Source: Lama guanicoe (lineage: Eukaryota). From it: a stretch of DNA of 64,000 nucleotides. Of the stretch, positions 1 through 11,924 are shown piece after piece. The notes below the pieces were generated by a model. That model saw only the letters and a program-made list of their open reading frames with translations, was not told the DNA's origin and made no database searches. The stretch is from the NCBI GenBank assembly GCA_013239625.1, contig MU055600.1:21403520-21467519 (forward strand), written 5' to 3'. Both the position numbers and the translations under genes were made by a program. Each line of letters begins with the position of its first letter. The first letter of the stretch is position 1.

Positions 1-624
1 GCTATCCGGCCGCCCTGAAAAAATGTATGAATAACAATTTTCCTGTAATAACCTTCAACTAACCTTTCAGCCGGAGTGAGTCATTCCAGTCCCATTTTCA
101 CATCAAGAGGAGTCAAAGGCGGGCAGTTACCTCTTATCTGTTTCAGGAGCTGCCCCCACCTCTGCCGCACCCTTAGCTCTGACAGGGGCGTTGAAGGATG
201 CTGTGGGGCCGGAGGAGGAGGTGGGAGGGCTTGGGAGGCGAGGGGCAGGCTCTGGAGTCCCGACGCTGAGTCTGGGCGAGGGGTCCCGAGCCTTCCCCTG
301 TGGACGTGGGGGCCCGGCGGCCGTCCACCTCCCAGGGCCTCTGCATCTGGCTGGCGTCAGCCAGCAGTCTAGTTTTTTGCCCACTGAAGGCAGCCCTAAT
401 TCCTTCTCTTGCATAAGGGAAAAGTCTCCTCTGCCCAGAGATTTCCCCAAAGCCCTCCCACAAATGGCGACTTCAGATCAGCTTTAGCTTCTGGTGAGAG
501 CTAAGGTCACCTTGCTGCTGACAGGACAGAGGACGGGAGAGGGTGGGGGCCCCGTGCACACCCAGGAGCCCCAGCCTCGCCTCCACCCCCAGGTCCCCAC
601 AGTGCAGAGATCTGGAAGGAACTG

Positions 625-820
625 GGGATTTGGAGTCAGGCAAAATGGACTTGAAGACTTGGCTCCTCCAGCTGTGTGATCCTGAGTAAGTCCCGTCCCC
701 TCTCTGAGCCTTGGAAGGACTTCATGGGTAAAATGGGAATAAGCATGCTTTGCGGGCTTGTTTTGAAGCTCAGATGGAACACCGATGCGGTTTGTCCGAT
801 GCCAAGCCCTGGGCCTGACC
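625..820 (+). mobile_element. MIR SINE
   Basis: TTTGGAGTCAGG...GCTGTGTGATCCTGAGTAAGTC..CTCTCTGAGCCT..GTAAAATGGGAATAA resembles the MIR core. Confidence 0.8.
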
Positions 821-3655
821 CATTCCTCTCCTGGGGCCGAGGCCCCCCCACCCCCGGTCTCCCCATCCCTTCTTTCCATTCCCGAGTTCAGCTGCTGCCG
901 AGTACCCGTCTGCCTTTCCCCAGGCTCCTTGGCGCTGAGGCAGGATCCGATGCACTCATCCACACTCGGGCCTGAGAACGGCCGCTCCCGGGACTCAGCA
1001 GACCAGAGAGGGAGGGCACAGCGCTCGCTCCGCAGGGGCCCGGCCCACGGGGTCCTACAGAACCTGCTTGCCTTCGGCCCCGGACCACGGTGCCTCTGGT
1101 TCTGCTTTCCCAGTTTGCCCCCTACCAGTCTCTGCTTCTTTTCTTTTTAACCAAGTGAGAAGAACAAACCCAGGGTGTGAAAGGACTGCTCCAGGTCCTA
1201 GTTCAGAAGGTCAGAAGCAGACCCTGAGGGGACCCTGTGTCCCGACGCCCCTCCAGGTGCTCAGGTCATCCATGGCCGCATCATGCTCGTGGGGCAGCGG
1301 GGAACCTGGGTCTCCCTCAGACCACACCGTGCAGGCCAGGCTTTAGCGAGTTTCCTCTTTCGGGTCACAAAATGGTCAGACAGCTGGTCCTGAAGGCCTG
1401 ACGGGTTCCTCAGTGGGGAACCTGTCCCACCCGGGGCAGTGACGCAGCGAGCACGGAGAGCCTCGGGAGCCTGCCTGGACGGCTGGGTCTGCGCAGAGAG
1501 GAGCTGGAGCGGGAGGGGGAGATGCTGAGCAGGTGAGAATGAGAAGACGGGTGAGCCAGGACTTAGCAGGATTTACCTGCCATCGGTTGTCAGACTGTCC
1601 GTCAGCAGCTTCCCACGCTCCTGGACACGGTCCCGACTCTCAGGGGGTGGGGGTGGGGGCGGTGGCATGAGGGCCCTGTCCCACATCTGTCTCCCCACCT
1701 ACTCCTGGACCCAATCTGAGACATCCCCCCCACCCCCGCCACAGCCTGAATCCCGAACTCTTGCTTTGACTCTCCAGGAGCATCTCGCTCCTCCTGACCC
1801 CTCTTCCTCAGAAAGCTCCCTCAGTGGATCTTTGAGGACCAGAAGGAGGCAGCCTGGACCCAGCCCTTCCTTCCTCTCCATTATCACCAGGCCTGGTGGA
1901 TTCCCGTTCAGACTTTTCGTCTCCATCTCCCTCTGGTGTATTTGCCTGGCTCAGCGCAGGCCCACGCCGCCCCTGCAGAAGGATCTTCCTGAAGAACAGT
2001 ACCCAAGGGCTAAAGGGCTGGGGCTGTAGGGGCTTGTTGTAAGTTTTCCATTTTTTCCTACCTTTTGGTAGTTTCCAAACTTTAAAAAATGATAGAATTT
2101 GAGAATCACCATTCTTAACATGTTCACCCTCTCACTTAAGATCTGACTGTCCATTGAACACAGTTCTGGAGAACCTGCTGAGTGCAGGGCACCGGGAGGA
2201 CCACACAGACGCCAGCCTTAGGATTGGTGGGTGTTGCTGTCGGTTTGTGAGTTCAAGGCTTCGGGAAGGCTTCTGCCGCTGCCAAAAGGAAACCTCCCCA
2301 CCTGCTAGCTGGGGCCCTGCCAGGGCTGGGCTCCTGAGCCAGCCCCCCAAGGAATCACCCCCGAGGCACGGGCTGCCGGTGACGCGGGCTCGCTGAGCAG
2401 CGTGAGGCTCTGGGTGCGGGGGGCGGTGCTTTGGGCTTTTCCACCAGACAGGAATGAAACAGCTTCCCCTTCTTCACACCGTAAAGCAGCCTGGCCTTCT
2501 GAGGTTCGCAGGTCTCAGCCGCGGAAGACGGAAGGACAGCAGACCTCAGCGGGACTGACTGCGAGCCCGGGTGGGGACTGGCAGTGACCGAAGACAGAGG
2601 TGATGTACTCAGCGGACACCTGGGAGCGCAGCAGGAGTGGTCCCGTCACGGCCCAGGGGACCCACCAGGCTTGTCTGGAGGCACGTGAGTAAGCGCCCGG
2701 GGCCCCCGGGGAACAGCAGGCCACGCAGACTCCCAGGGAGTGGCCGCGCGGTTTCACAGGGCAGGGCTCAGAGCCAGCGACACCCATGAGCACGGGAGCG
2801 CAGGCCCATTGTAACTCAGACGAGAGCCCACAGGCCATTGGGCTGCATCACAGTGGCTGTTGGCACACCTGCCTCTCCCTGGAGCACCTCCTGGGGCAGG
2901 GACCCCGGCCGGCCCTGTCCTGTTTCCCCGCTGCCTTCCCAGCGCCCTGGCCCTGGCAGTGTTTATTGCAAATGTGGAGCCAGGAAGGTGGAGAAGGAGA
3001 GCCCTTCCCAAGGGCATGTGTGACTGGAGGGACAGGGACAAGGAGCCCCAGGGCCTTTGAGCCATTTATGAAGGAGGGAGGAGTCCAAGATGGCAGCTGG
3101 AGGCGCCGAGAGCAAAGCTTGGGGGGTCATGATTTTAAAGGGTCACCCCTACTCAGGGCTGGACTTCTGTTGCGGGTCTTCACAGGCTCCCCGCAGGAAG
3201 GAGGTGGCCCCCAGGGAGGGCCTTTCCTCGGTCAGACTTCAGAAGCAGGTCCATCCTTGTCCGAAGCCTGCTCCCTTAGTCCGTCCCACCTCCGCTCCGG
3301 CGCACAGGAGAGCTCCCCAACCCCATGCACTTGACCTCAGCTTTGCTGATTTCTCCACTGACCATGGAACAGTCATGTCCCTTCACCTCCTCTGTCTCTG
3401 CCGCCCCTTTCTCTGCCCCACTCACACCTCCATGTTTGACAGTTCTTCCAACTGCCCACTCTCAGAGCTTGACGGGGACACGTGATCCTTCTTCTGTGCG
3501 AATTAATAAACCCTGCTGGGCAGTTTCCCCTCCTGGAGAGCTTGACTTGGAGCCTGGAGCGGAGTCTCCTGCTGGGAAAACGCAGCCCTGCTGGGGGAGG
3601 ATGCTCTGGGCTTCGGCTGCCTGTTCGCTCAGATGTTTCCCATTTTGAGTGCATA

Positions 3656-3803
3656 NNNNNNNNNNNNNNNNNNNNNNNNNNNNNNNNNNNNNNNNNNNNN
3701 NNNNNNNNNNNNNNNNNNNNNNNNNNNNNNNNNNNNNNNNNNNNNNNNNNNNNNNNNNNNNNNNNNNNNNNNNNNNNNNNNNNNNNNNNNNNNNNNNNNN
3801 NNN
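3656..3803. other. Assembly gap (148 N)
   Basis: Run of N. Confidence 0.99.
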
Positions 3804-4030
3804 GTGTTGCATTTTAATGCCCGATTTTAGCACTTGGTGCAGAAAAATAATTGAGATACCAATGGCCAAATTTTCCTCCCTCCCATCTCAGAAAACTCAA
3901 GTTTGTGTTTAAATTTCTTGCAGCTCAGTCACCTACACGGTACGTGAGGAAGCTGTTCAAAACGCACTCATTTATGGCTCCACTGTGTTTTTTTTCCCCT
4001 TTGCAAAAGAGAACGGAGACGTAAACACCG
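3804..4030. promoter_or_regulatory. Candidate enhancer / conserved non-coding element
   Basis: Repeat-free AT-rich island with TAAT, TTTATGG (3971-3977) and FOX-type GTAAACA (4021-4027). Confidence 0.4.
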
Positions 4031-4054
4031 CCCCCGTCCGGCTGCACACAAGGG

Positions 4055-4078
4055 GTGTGTGTGTGTGTGTGTGTGTGT
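4055..4078. repeat. (GT)12 microsatellite
   Basis: Direct read of the sequence. Confidence 0.97.
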
Positions 4079-5789
4079 TTGTGTGACAGAAGTACCCCCA
4101 GGATTGCTCCGGCCAGGCTTCCGTGCACACAGTGCAGCACGTGTCAGTGCAGACTGCAGGCAGGCGTGGTTCTGGGGGGCACCGTGAAGGACAGGTGGAA
4201 TGACTGCTGGGAAGCTAATGGAAAGATGGGGGTAGCGCACCCCTCTGCTCTCCTACGGCATCGCCCAGTCCCCTCCTAGACCAAGTGCGCAGCGTGATCG
4301 CCGGCGTGGGGCCAGAGGGTGGGATTCCAGGCAACGCTTCAGCACTGAGGCTGGCCTCTGCAGGAGAGGAGCGGACATAAATGTCATCTGAGTTTGGGGG
4401 GCTGGCGTAGCCACCCTGGGAAAGGCCAGATTTACCCCTCGCTGTCCAGTGGTTAAGAAACCAGCTGTTTGGGGGTGCCGTGGAAGCCGGGGTCTGTGTA
4501 TTGGGGTCCCCTAGAAGCACAGCTTGTTTCTGGGCCTTGTGAGGCACAGCGGACAGGCACTGTCCTCTCATCCCGCAGGTGAGTATGAGAGGGGCGGCGT
4601 CACTGGACCGTGGTCACACAGCCAGCCGAAGGTAGGAAGGAGCTTTGGAGCCTTTCTGGAACAAAGGCCACAGACCCTGAGGAAGGTCTGAGGGGAATGG
4701 CGTGGGGGCAGGGCAACTCGAGGGACAGAGAAGGGGAGTCCTACCTCACCCCTTTGCAGACCGAAACCCTTCTGGGGAGAGTCAACCATTGGGTTTTGAT
4801 AAAATTTCCCAGAGATTCCTGGGATATTTGTAAAGGGCGAAGGGGCCTGTGCCCCCAGGGAGTTTGGGAAATGCTGACTTACTCAAATGTAGACTTTCTG
4901 CGTAGTGGGGCTTCTCGGAGTCTTCGGTGTGCTAATGACTCAAGGTGGGACAGTCCCGGGCAGTGGCCTCCAGGATGTCCCCATCCCACCGGCCAGGAAA
5001 GGGCTTCCCCCAAGCTCTGTGGACGCACGTCAGGTGACATGCTGGGCTGGGGCGGTGATGAGTTTAGAAAGGCCTGTTTTCTGGGGGAGGAGGAAGGTAT
5101 TACACTAATGTTGGTCAAATCCCCCTAGGTGCAAAGCGGTTTTCAGAAATCAAGCTTTGCATCATCTGGAAGTTCAGAGGAAGAGGGACCCAGAAAAGGT
5201 AAGGTTTGATTAGAAAAAGCGCACAGGGAAGCGAAACCACCTGAAGTCCAATTTGAGAAAAGCTAATTTAAATATGTTGCTGAAAAAAAGAAAAAGCGGT
5301 TTCGTGTTTTGTAGAAGCTGGACTTGGCGCCCGGAACTCCCGGGCTGGGCGGCGAAGGGCGCTGGCCCGCTGCTCTCGGAGCCCCGGTGGTTCGAGCAAC
5401 ACGTGGCCTGAGGGTCACGGGAAGCACCTGTTAGTGGGGGGAGGGGCGGCTGGGAGCTGAGATCGGCTTCATTTTCAAGAGATTTCTGCTTTCAAAATTC
5501 TCATTTTGTTTGTCTGTTGGTAACGCTGTGATGTGAGAACACATTTCTGCTCCATCAAAGGGTTAAAAAAAAAAACGAAGCCCTGACATGCGAGCTTCCA
5601 AAGGCAGGGGCTGGACTCGGGTACCCCCTGCCTGCCTCCTGGTTCGGGGCTGAGGGCCTGAGGGAAATAGTTCTCCTGGACTGGACGTTTGACTCCGGTG
5701 CTTTTGAGATGGGACTCTAAGGAGCAAAATAAGCAAACAGCCCTCCACTGGCGCACGGTGGTTTCTGGCAGGGCTGTCCTGAAGGAGCC

Positions 5790-6000
5790 CGGGGTTGGCG
5801 GAGGGCTGTGCCTGCCTCTGCTTCTCTGCAGCTGGGTGGCCACAGGCGCGTCTCTTAACTTCTCTGAGCTCCAGAGTCCTCGGCGTAAAGCAGCGGTCCT
5901 AAAGGCCGCCTTGCTCCTCTCTCAGGCGACAGAAGCGTTGAAGGACAGAAGGAATAAATGCGTGTCGTAGAATTACGGTGCCACACCAGGACAAGTTACT
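5790..6000 (+). mobile_element. Degenerate MIR SINE
   Basis: GCTGGGTGGCCACAGGC..TCTCTTAACTTCTCTGAGCTCCAG core. Confidence 0.65.
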
Positions 6001-6318
6001 GTCACGTGGCAGAATCTAAGCCACGTCAGGAAGGCTCCTTCCTTACCAAGGAATATGTTTTGTCAAGGCTTGTCAAGGGGGCCTGAAATTGTATCACTAG
6101 AAATGCATTCCCCGGGATGCTAAAGGCTTTTAGATCTTTAAGACATTTTCACTGAAATGCATTTGGGAGACATCAATATAAAGCCATTATCTCCGGGCCC
6201 CTGAGAGCCTGGCCGAAGGGATGGGCTTCTCCAGGCTGCCAGCAAACCAGCGGAGCGGAGGGGAAGTGATAAAGAGAAGCTGGTGTTCCGGGAAGGGGGC
6301 CCCAGCAGTGTGGTAGAC

Positions 6319-6475
6319 CAGTGCTGCTCACCCTTGAGTGTGCCCACGAGCGGCCTCGGGATGGAGGTGAAGCACAGATTCTGCTTCGGGGGCGTGAGAG
6401 AGGCCCGAGAGTCCACATTTCTCACGAGCTTCCAGGGGATGCTCGCCTGGGGTCCACCCTCGGGGTACAGGTGTG
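6319..6475. mobile_element. MER5-type hAT-Charlie DNA transposon
   Basis: CAGTGCTGCTCACCCTTGAGTGTGC...GGCCCGAGAGTCCACATTTCTCACGAGCTTCCAGGGGATGCT. Confidence 0.7.
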
Positions 6476-6501
6476 GCAATACTGAAATGACTGACAGCCA
6501 G

Positions 6502-6535
6502 CCCCGCTCCCCCAGGAACCCCGCTCCCCCAGGAA
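6502..6535. repeat. Perfect 17-bp tandem duplication CCCCGCTCCCCCAGGAA x2
   Basis: Copies at 6502-6518 and 6519-6535, followed by a partial third copy. Confidence 0.95.
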
Positions 6536-7341
6536 CCCGGCTCCGGTCGAAGGCCCTCTCACCGCAGCACTTGACGGTTTGGGAGGGGTTCTGGCGGAAA
6601 GCAGTGCTCCGGCGTGAGAGGAGAGTGATGACACCGGGACGCTGTCTGCTAATTTGGGTCTGTGGCTTCGTGTGGACTTGATTAGTGAGCTGTGCTCTTC
6701 AGAGCTGTTAGGACGCGCGTGCAAGACGGGGCCTTAGCCCTGGCTGGGCTCCTGTCTCCCACCCCGACAGGGCCGGTGGGACCTTAGCCTCCCTGCCCAC
6801 TCCACCCGGCCCCACCTTCCCCTCCTCCCCCAGCTCGGGTTCCTCGAGTCTCTGGCTCTGTGGCCTGCCTCTGCATGTCGAGTGGTGTGTGTGTGTGTAT
6901 TGCTGTCCGTCTGTCAACGCCCTCCCCCTCTTCCTCCCTCCGAGGCCCTCCCTCCTTCCCCCTCCCGCCCTCCGTCATCATCAAGTCATCTCAGTGTTTC
7001 CTCTCCAGGAGCCGTTCCCCAAGGAGGGCGACGCCCCGTCTCACCAGGCATTTACTCTCCCACAGTCCTGGGCGTCTTAACGCTAGATGGTGAGCCCCTG
7101 TGGACAGACGCAGGTGTTCCCCTGTTTGGAGCTCCACGACGTAGACCAGGCGAGGCCCACGAGACCTGGCGAGTTCCCTGGCGCCGGGGCAGCTGTGAGT
7201 GGAGATGGCGCTTGCAGGCCTCCGAGCAGGCGCCTCCGAGCCCTGGGTGAAGGGGCCGGTGCTCCTAAGCGCTTGCTTTCTTGTTTTCCTAGGTCCTAGA
7301 AGTTACCACATGGGAATGAAGAAAGATGGCTGTGGCGGGTT

Positions 7342-7500
7342 GGGGGAGGATATAGCTCAGTGGTAGAGCGCATGCCTAGCAGGCACGAGGTCCTGGGTTC
7401 GGTCCCCAGTACCACCTCCCCCATAAACAAATTTTAAAAACCTAATTACCCTCCCTCCATTTTTTTAAAATTCGAAAAAGGAAAACAACAAAGACAAAAA
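7342..7500 (+). mobile_element. tRNA-Ala-derived SINE, camelid Vic-1-like
   Basis: GGGGAGGATATAGCTCAGTGGTAGAGCGCATGCCTAGCAGGCACGAGGTCCTGGGTTCGGTCCCCAGTACC; A box 7353-7363, B box 7396-7406; ACCTAATTACC tail segment and A-rich end; flanking direct repeat GAATGAAGAA at 7314-7323 and 7508-7517. Confidence 0.88.
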
Positions 7501-8429
7501 TGAGAGAGAATGAAGAAGTAAGACTTAAAACGTAGTGCATAAGACCAGGCACCTATCACAATGGGAGCCCAAGTGATGACCTGTGAACGTGGGATCGCAG
7601 GACCTCTCCCACCCGGATGGCCGGAGCATCCTTCAGGGAGAGTGGCTGTGGAGGCGGTAGTGCCGGGGGAAGCCTGGGCCGCCAGAAGGGGGTGTGCTGC
7701 ACAGTACCTCTAAAGAGGGGCCTGGGGAACACAGTAGCCTTCCAGGATCCTAGGCACGTGGCACCTGATGCGGGGGCACCTGTCCTTGTGGGGAAGATGA
7801 GTACCGAATATTGAACTTAACGACTGAAACTCAGGGGTGGGGGTGTGAGTCTCGTGAACAGGGCCTGAGGATACTCAAAGGCAAGTGGTGAGTGTTGCGC
7901 CTTGGGAACTGGGGCTGGTCACGCACGTGGGGCCGCACATCAGACCATGACACATGGATGTTTTTTAAGTGGCATTTCACAACGTACGGCTTGAGTCCTC
8001 AGGACTTCCAGTGGCTTCAAACGGTCATGGAGAGCCCAAACAAGGACAATTTCTAGACCTGGGAGAGTAGGACCCCCGTGCAGGGCCCCTGCCCTGGGTG
8101 GTGGGCCTCCCTGCGGGGCCGGGGGCCTGCCTGGGCCACCTGCCATCCTTCCTGCCTGACCCTTCCCGCCTCCTCACCCGGAGCAGGCAAGGGCAGGGCG
8201 AGTTCCCCGGCTGAGCCGGATCCCCTCTCTTTTTTCGGATTGGAGCAGAGGTGTGCTGTGGCTGCCTCTCCCAGATCCCTCTTCCCGGAGGGCCTGGCAG
8301 GGATGGGGGGCACTCAGGAGCCCCACACAAGCGGTCGAGGCTGTTCTGGAAGCAGGTAATCTCAGAAAGGATGATTTAGGAGTGTGGCGTGAGAGTTGGA
8401 GGCGGCACGCGGCCGTTCCCCACGGCGCT

Positions 8430-8810
8430 CATTAAGTTTCCATAGATTGCATTTCCTGCCTCCCCGGCTAGCCCTCCAAAGTGCCTGTTATTAATTCATA
8501 AAAACACTGCAAGCGTGATTGAGTCCGCTGATTACTGGAGCAGGCAGACACAAGAGACAGTAAAATATTCCGTGTCTCTCTATCAGGCTCTCAGGGGCTT
8601 GGGAGGAAGAAAAAAAAAATTTAACAGGGAAAAGCAACAACATGAAGAAAGGAATATGAAAAAAACTGTGTCGTGAAATATTAATCAGGGCTGTTTGCCC
8701 CCAGGGGCCAAAAGTACAAGGCGGCGTAATCACCGTAGCAGGAGCCGCCCAGCGACGTGTCTTTGAGAAGCTGATTATTGCGGGGAAGCACAGCTAAATA
8801 TCCTGGCTCT
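8430..8810. promoter_or_regulatory. Candidate enhancer / conserved non-coding element
   Basis: AT-rich, repeat-free; TTATTAATTCATAAA, ATATTAATC, TAATC/GATTA words. Confidence 0.5.
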
Positions 8811-9739
8811 TTGGACTGTGCCTCTGCTGTTGCTGGAGCATCCGATTCCCTTATCGTCCTTCTGCAGGTGTGGCCCGGGGGAGTGCGGGAGGTGCTGCGG
8901 GACACGGCTCCACGGGCAGGGAGTCACTTGGGCCCCAGTGGGAGCTGCTTCAGTTCCTCTCCAAATGCTGATCGGGGAGGCGGGGTGTGTGGTGGGGGCG
9001 GTGGACGATGCCCAAGGAGGTTTGTGTGCATGTGGGTGGGGGCCATCTTCCAGGGTTGCCTCTTAACAGCTAACGACCTGATGCTGGCCATGCAGAGGGA
9101 CCCTCAGTTCTGGAATGGCCTTCCTGGGGGTCCCCAGAAGGAACCCAGGTGGTTTTAGGGGAGTTGGGTGGTGCGCTCAGGGGCCTCCCGCAAGACTGGA
9201 GTCTTCCCAGCTCAACTCTTTACTGACTGCAGTGGAGGCTTGTGGTGTACACATCATTGCCTTAAGGGGCCCCAGTGCCTGCCCTGGCTCCCTAGAGCTC
9301 AGGGATTGGGATATGAAGCCTGCGTGGAGGCTGGAAGGGAACGCACACCTGTCACTGTGGGCTCCGGTGAGCCTGAGAACCATCTAAACCTGAGGGTGAG
9401 CCTCACCTGCACAGAGTCTGAGACTGAGTAGAAGTGACTTTGGGGATCAGGTATTCCAACTTCCTCGTTGGACAGAAGCCCAGAGAAGGACAGTGATTTG
9501 CCCAAGGTCGCAGAGCAGAGATAGGGTTCTTGATACACAGGCCAGCCTCCCGGAACACACTTGGGGCACGAAGAAAAAGGAGCAGGGGCAAGTGATGGAG
9601 ACTGGCTTGCGTTAAGTCTTCGGGCTTAAGGAGATCTCCCTGTCAGTTACCAGCAGCTGGATCAGAGGGCAGTGAGGCCAGAGAAGAGATGGTGCCCCAG
9701 AGTGCCTGGGGGCTGGCCCCAGCCCCACACATACATTTC

Positions 9740-9870
9740 TGGAGAACCTTGATTAAATCGCCCGCTCTGAGCCTCAGATTCCTCATTTGTGAAGGAGTTT
9801 GAATAGGTAGTGATAGCAAATACCTCATCAAATCCATGAAGGAGAGCGGTATCTGAGATGCGCTGTGGCC
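9740..9870 (+). mobile_element. MIR SINE
   Basis: CTCTGAGCCTCAGATTCCTCATTTGTGAA. Confidence 0.75.
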
Positions 9871-10229
9871 AGGGTCTTCTCCATGAGGAACAGAAAGAGG
9901 AGGGGGTTAAGTGAGGCACGCGGGACCAGTCACAACATCCCCATCCACAGATCAGAAGAGCAGCATCACAAAAGGACTCAGGAGGAAAGCTGCCCTCTAC
10001 CCCAGAGTGCCCTGCGGAACTTCATTCTCCTCTTGGTGTTGATTTTAGAAGCTCAGAACTCCATCGCTGTTCTCCACCAGTCACATCAGCACAGGGCCCA
10101 CCTCGGGGAGGACCTAGGCAGGCAATGGCTGCTTGCTTTGGTGAGTAGCTTACCTTGGGGGAAAAAGCGTTCCTTCTTGGTGCCAAGAGACGGTTGCTCA
10201 AGCCATTTGGGATGATACGGTAATTGTAA

Positions 10230-10414
10230 CTCATTCCTCAACCAAATGCATTATTCCTAATCTTAAGCCAATTCTGCCCATGAATACGTAACTGGAAAGC
10301 AAGGATTAACAAGGTTCAGCAATTCGCCCCAGGTCATAGAGCTGGTCAGTGGTGGAGCTGGGATTTGAGCAAGGTCTCTGATTCCTAAGGCCTGTGACCT
10401 TCCCACTGTACCGC
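10230..10414 (-). mobile_element. MIR SINE
   Basis: GCCCCAGGTCATAGAGCTGGTCAGTGGTGGAGCTGGGATTTGAGC. Confidence 0.8.
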
Positions 10415-10659
10415 CCATTGATGGCAGGGGATGAAGAGGAAATGGATGTTCTTCTACTGTTGATTTCCTCTCAGGCCAGGAAAGTGACCCTCAGGCTGGA
10501 AAGGAAAGAGTGACATGCACGGTGCTGCAGCTGGGATGGAGGGAGGAGGTCAGAAGCCTGGACCTAATCCAGTCTCTGAGGCCAGTGAGCCTTAGCCCTG
10601 GTCCTGAAGTCTGACAGAGATCACCAACAGCTAGTGGTGATCTTGGGAGGACTGTGGAG

Positions 10660-10980
10660 GTGAGCAGACTTGAATGGTAATAGAAATATTGTGTATTCAT
10701 GAACTTGATACTGATCCCAGGAGGGACTGCAGCATGAGTGATTAGAGCCATGATTTATTAGCAGTTAGAAAATGGTGTGGTGATAGCCAGGGCTCGTGAT
10801 GGCTTTACAAAGAACAGCTGAATCCAAATAAGCCTACGTCAAAGTAGCACTCTTTGACAAGGTTGTTGGAAAGGTGATCAGAGAAACACAATAAATGTAA
10901 CAGATCTAAATTTCCATAAAGTAACTGATGTGGACTCTCAGGACATCCTGATGGGTGAGATGGGGAAATGCAGGCAGGAA
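10660..10980 (+). mobile_element. L3/CR1 LINE reverse-transcriptase-region remnant
   Basis: ATGGCTTTACAAAGAACAGCTG..CCAAATAAGCCTA..TCTTTGACAAGGTT..GATCAGAGAAA..TCTAAATTTCCATAAAG..TCTCAGGACATCCTGATGGG..AGATGGGGAAATG follows the CR1 RT segment (HGF.K..SC.TNL.SF.D...YLDF.KAFD.V.H.IL..K) in degenerate form. Confidence 0.7.
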
Positions 10981-11089
10981 CCTTAGGAAACTGAGTTTAA
11001 TGTAACCCACGGAGCTTTAATTAACGCCCAGTGTCTGGTCCTTCAGCGACGCTCAGCAGCATCTCCCAGATGGAGTGTCAATGTGGCAG

Positions 11090-11300
11090 CAGCTGTGGCT
11101 GTGACTGAATAGATTCCCACCCCAGTCGTGACTTCCCCTGCCACCTGATATAAACAGGGAAACCAGATTTAATATTAACTTAAGCATAATGCCAATTACA
11201 TAGCACATAATCTTTGTAAAGTCCTTCAGGTACACTCTAAGTAAATTAAGAAATGATTCAACATATAGAAAAAGTTCTGAAATGATACATTAAAAAACCC
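11090..11300. promoter_or_regulatory. Candidate enhancer / conserved non-coding element
   Basis: AT-rich island: TTTAATATTAACTTAAGCATAATGCCAATTAC, TAAATTAAG, NFI-like TGCCAA. Confidence 0.45.
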
Positions 11301-11601
11301 GATGCCAGTGGGGGGAGGGCAGGGTGGGCATCAAGGGCGATTGTTGTGTAAGGAGAACGTAATCAGACCTTGTTTGTACGAGCAGAACTAGGGAAAGGAA
11401 AAGCGCAGCTGGGCTCATCAGACCTTCGAGCGTCAGGCGTGCTGTTGGCTTGGTGATGTGGAATGTCCCTCCCAGCCCTTGGCTCTGCGCACCTTGGCTC
11501 CACCTCTTGTCCGTGGTGCTGACCTTGGACGCATCCTCCCCTGCTCCACCTCCACCCTCTGGAACCTGGTTCCCCCTCTCGCGGGAGGGTCTAGTTTAGG
11601 C

Positions 11602-11695
11602 TTGTGGTCTCCAAACGTGGCTGTACATCAGAGTCACTTGATAGGCTTTTTAAAAACAGGAGATCCGGGCTCACGCCATCCAACAATGAATCAGG
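11602..11695. mobile_element. MER5A fragment
   Basis: GTGGTCTCCAAACGTGGCTGTACATCAGAGTCACTTG..CTTTTTAAAAA. Confidence 0.7.
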
Positions 11696-11924
11696 CAGCA
11701 CCGCTACCCCTGTGCAGCAGCAGACAGAAGCTCGAGCTGGGGTGGCGCCCTAGACACCAGGCACTGAGGCTCTCCCTTTTCATGCTCGCGACACACTTAT
11801 CCAGTTGGTATGTGGTTCCCATCAAAGGACAAGGTCACAGAGGCTTGGGGCAGTGGAGACCTGTCCAAGGCCATGTAGCTAGGAGGTGGCAAAGCCACGG
11901 GGTGGACCATTCCTTATGCAATAT

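Noticed and set aside
4540-4560. REST/RE1 site
   Set aside because: Only the right half (CGGACAG) matches, and the left half is poor.
7342-7420. Functional tRNA-Ala(AGC) gene
   Set aside because: Anticodon-arm and T-loop mismatches, a SINE-type tail and flanking direct repeats indicate a SINE.
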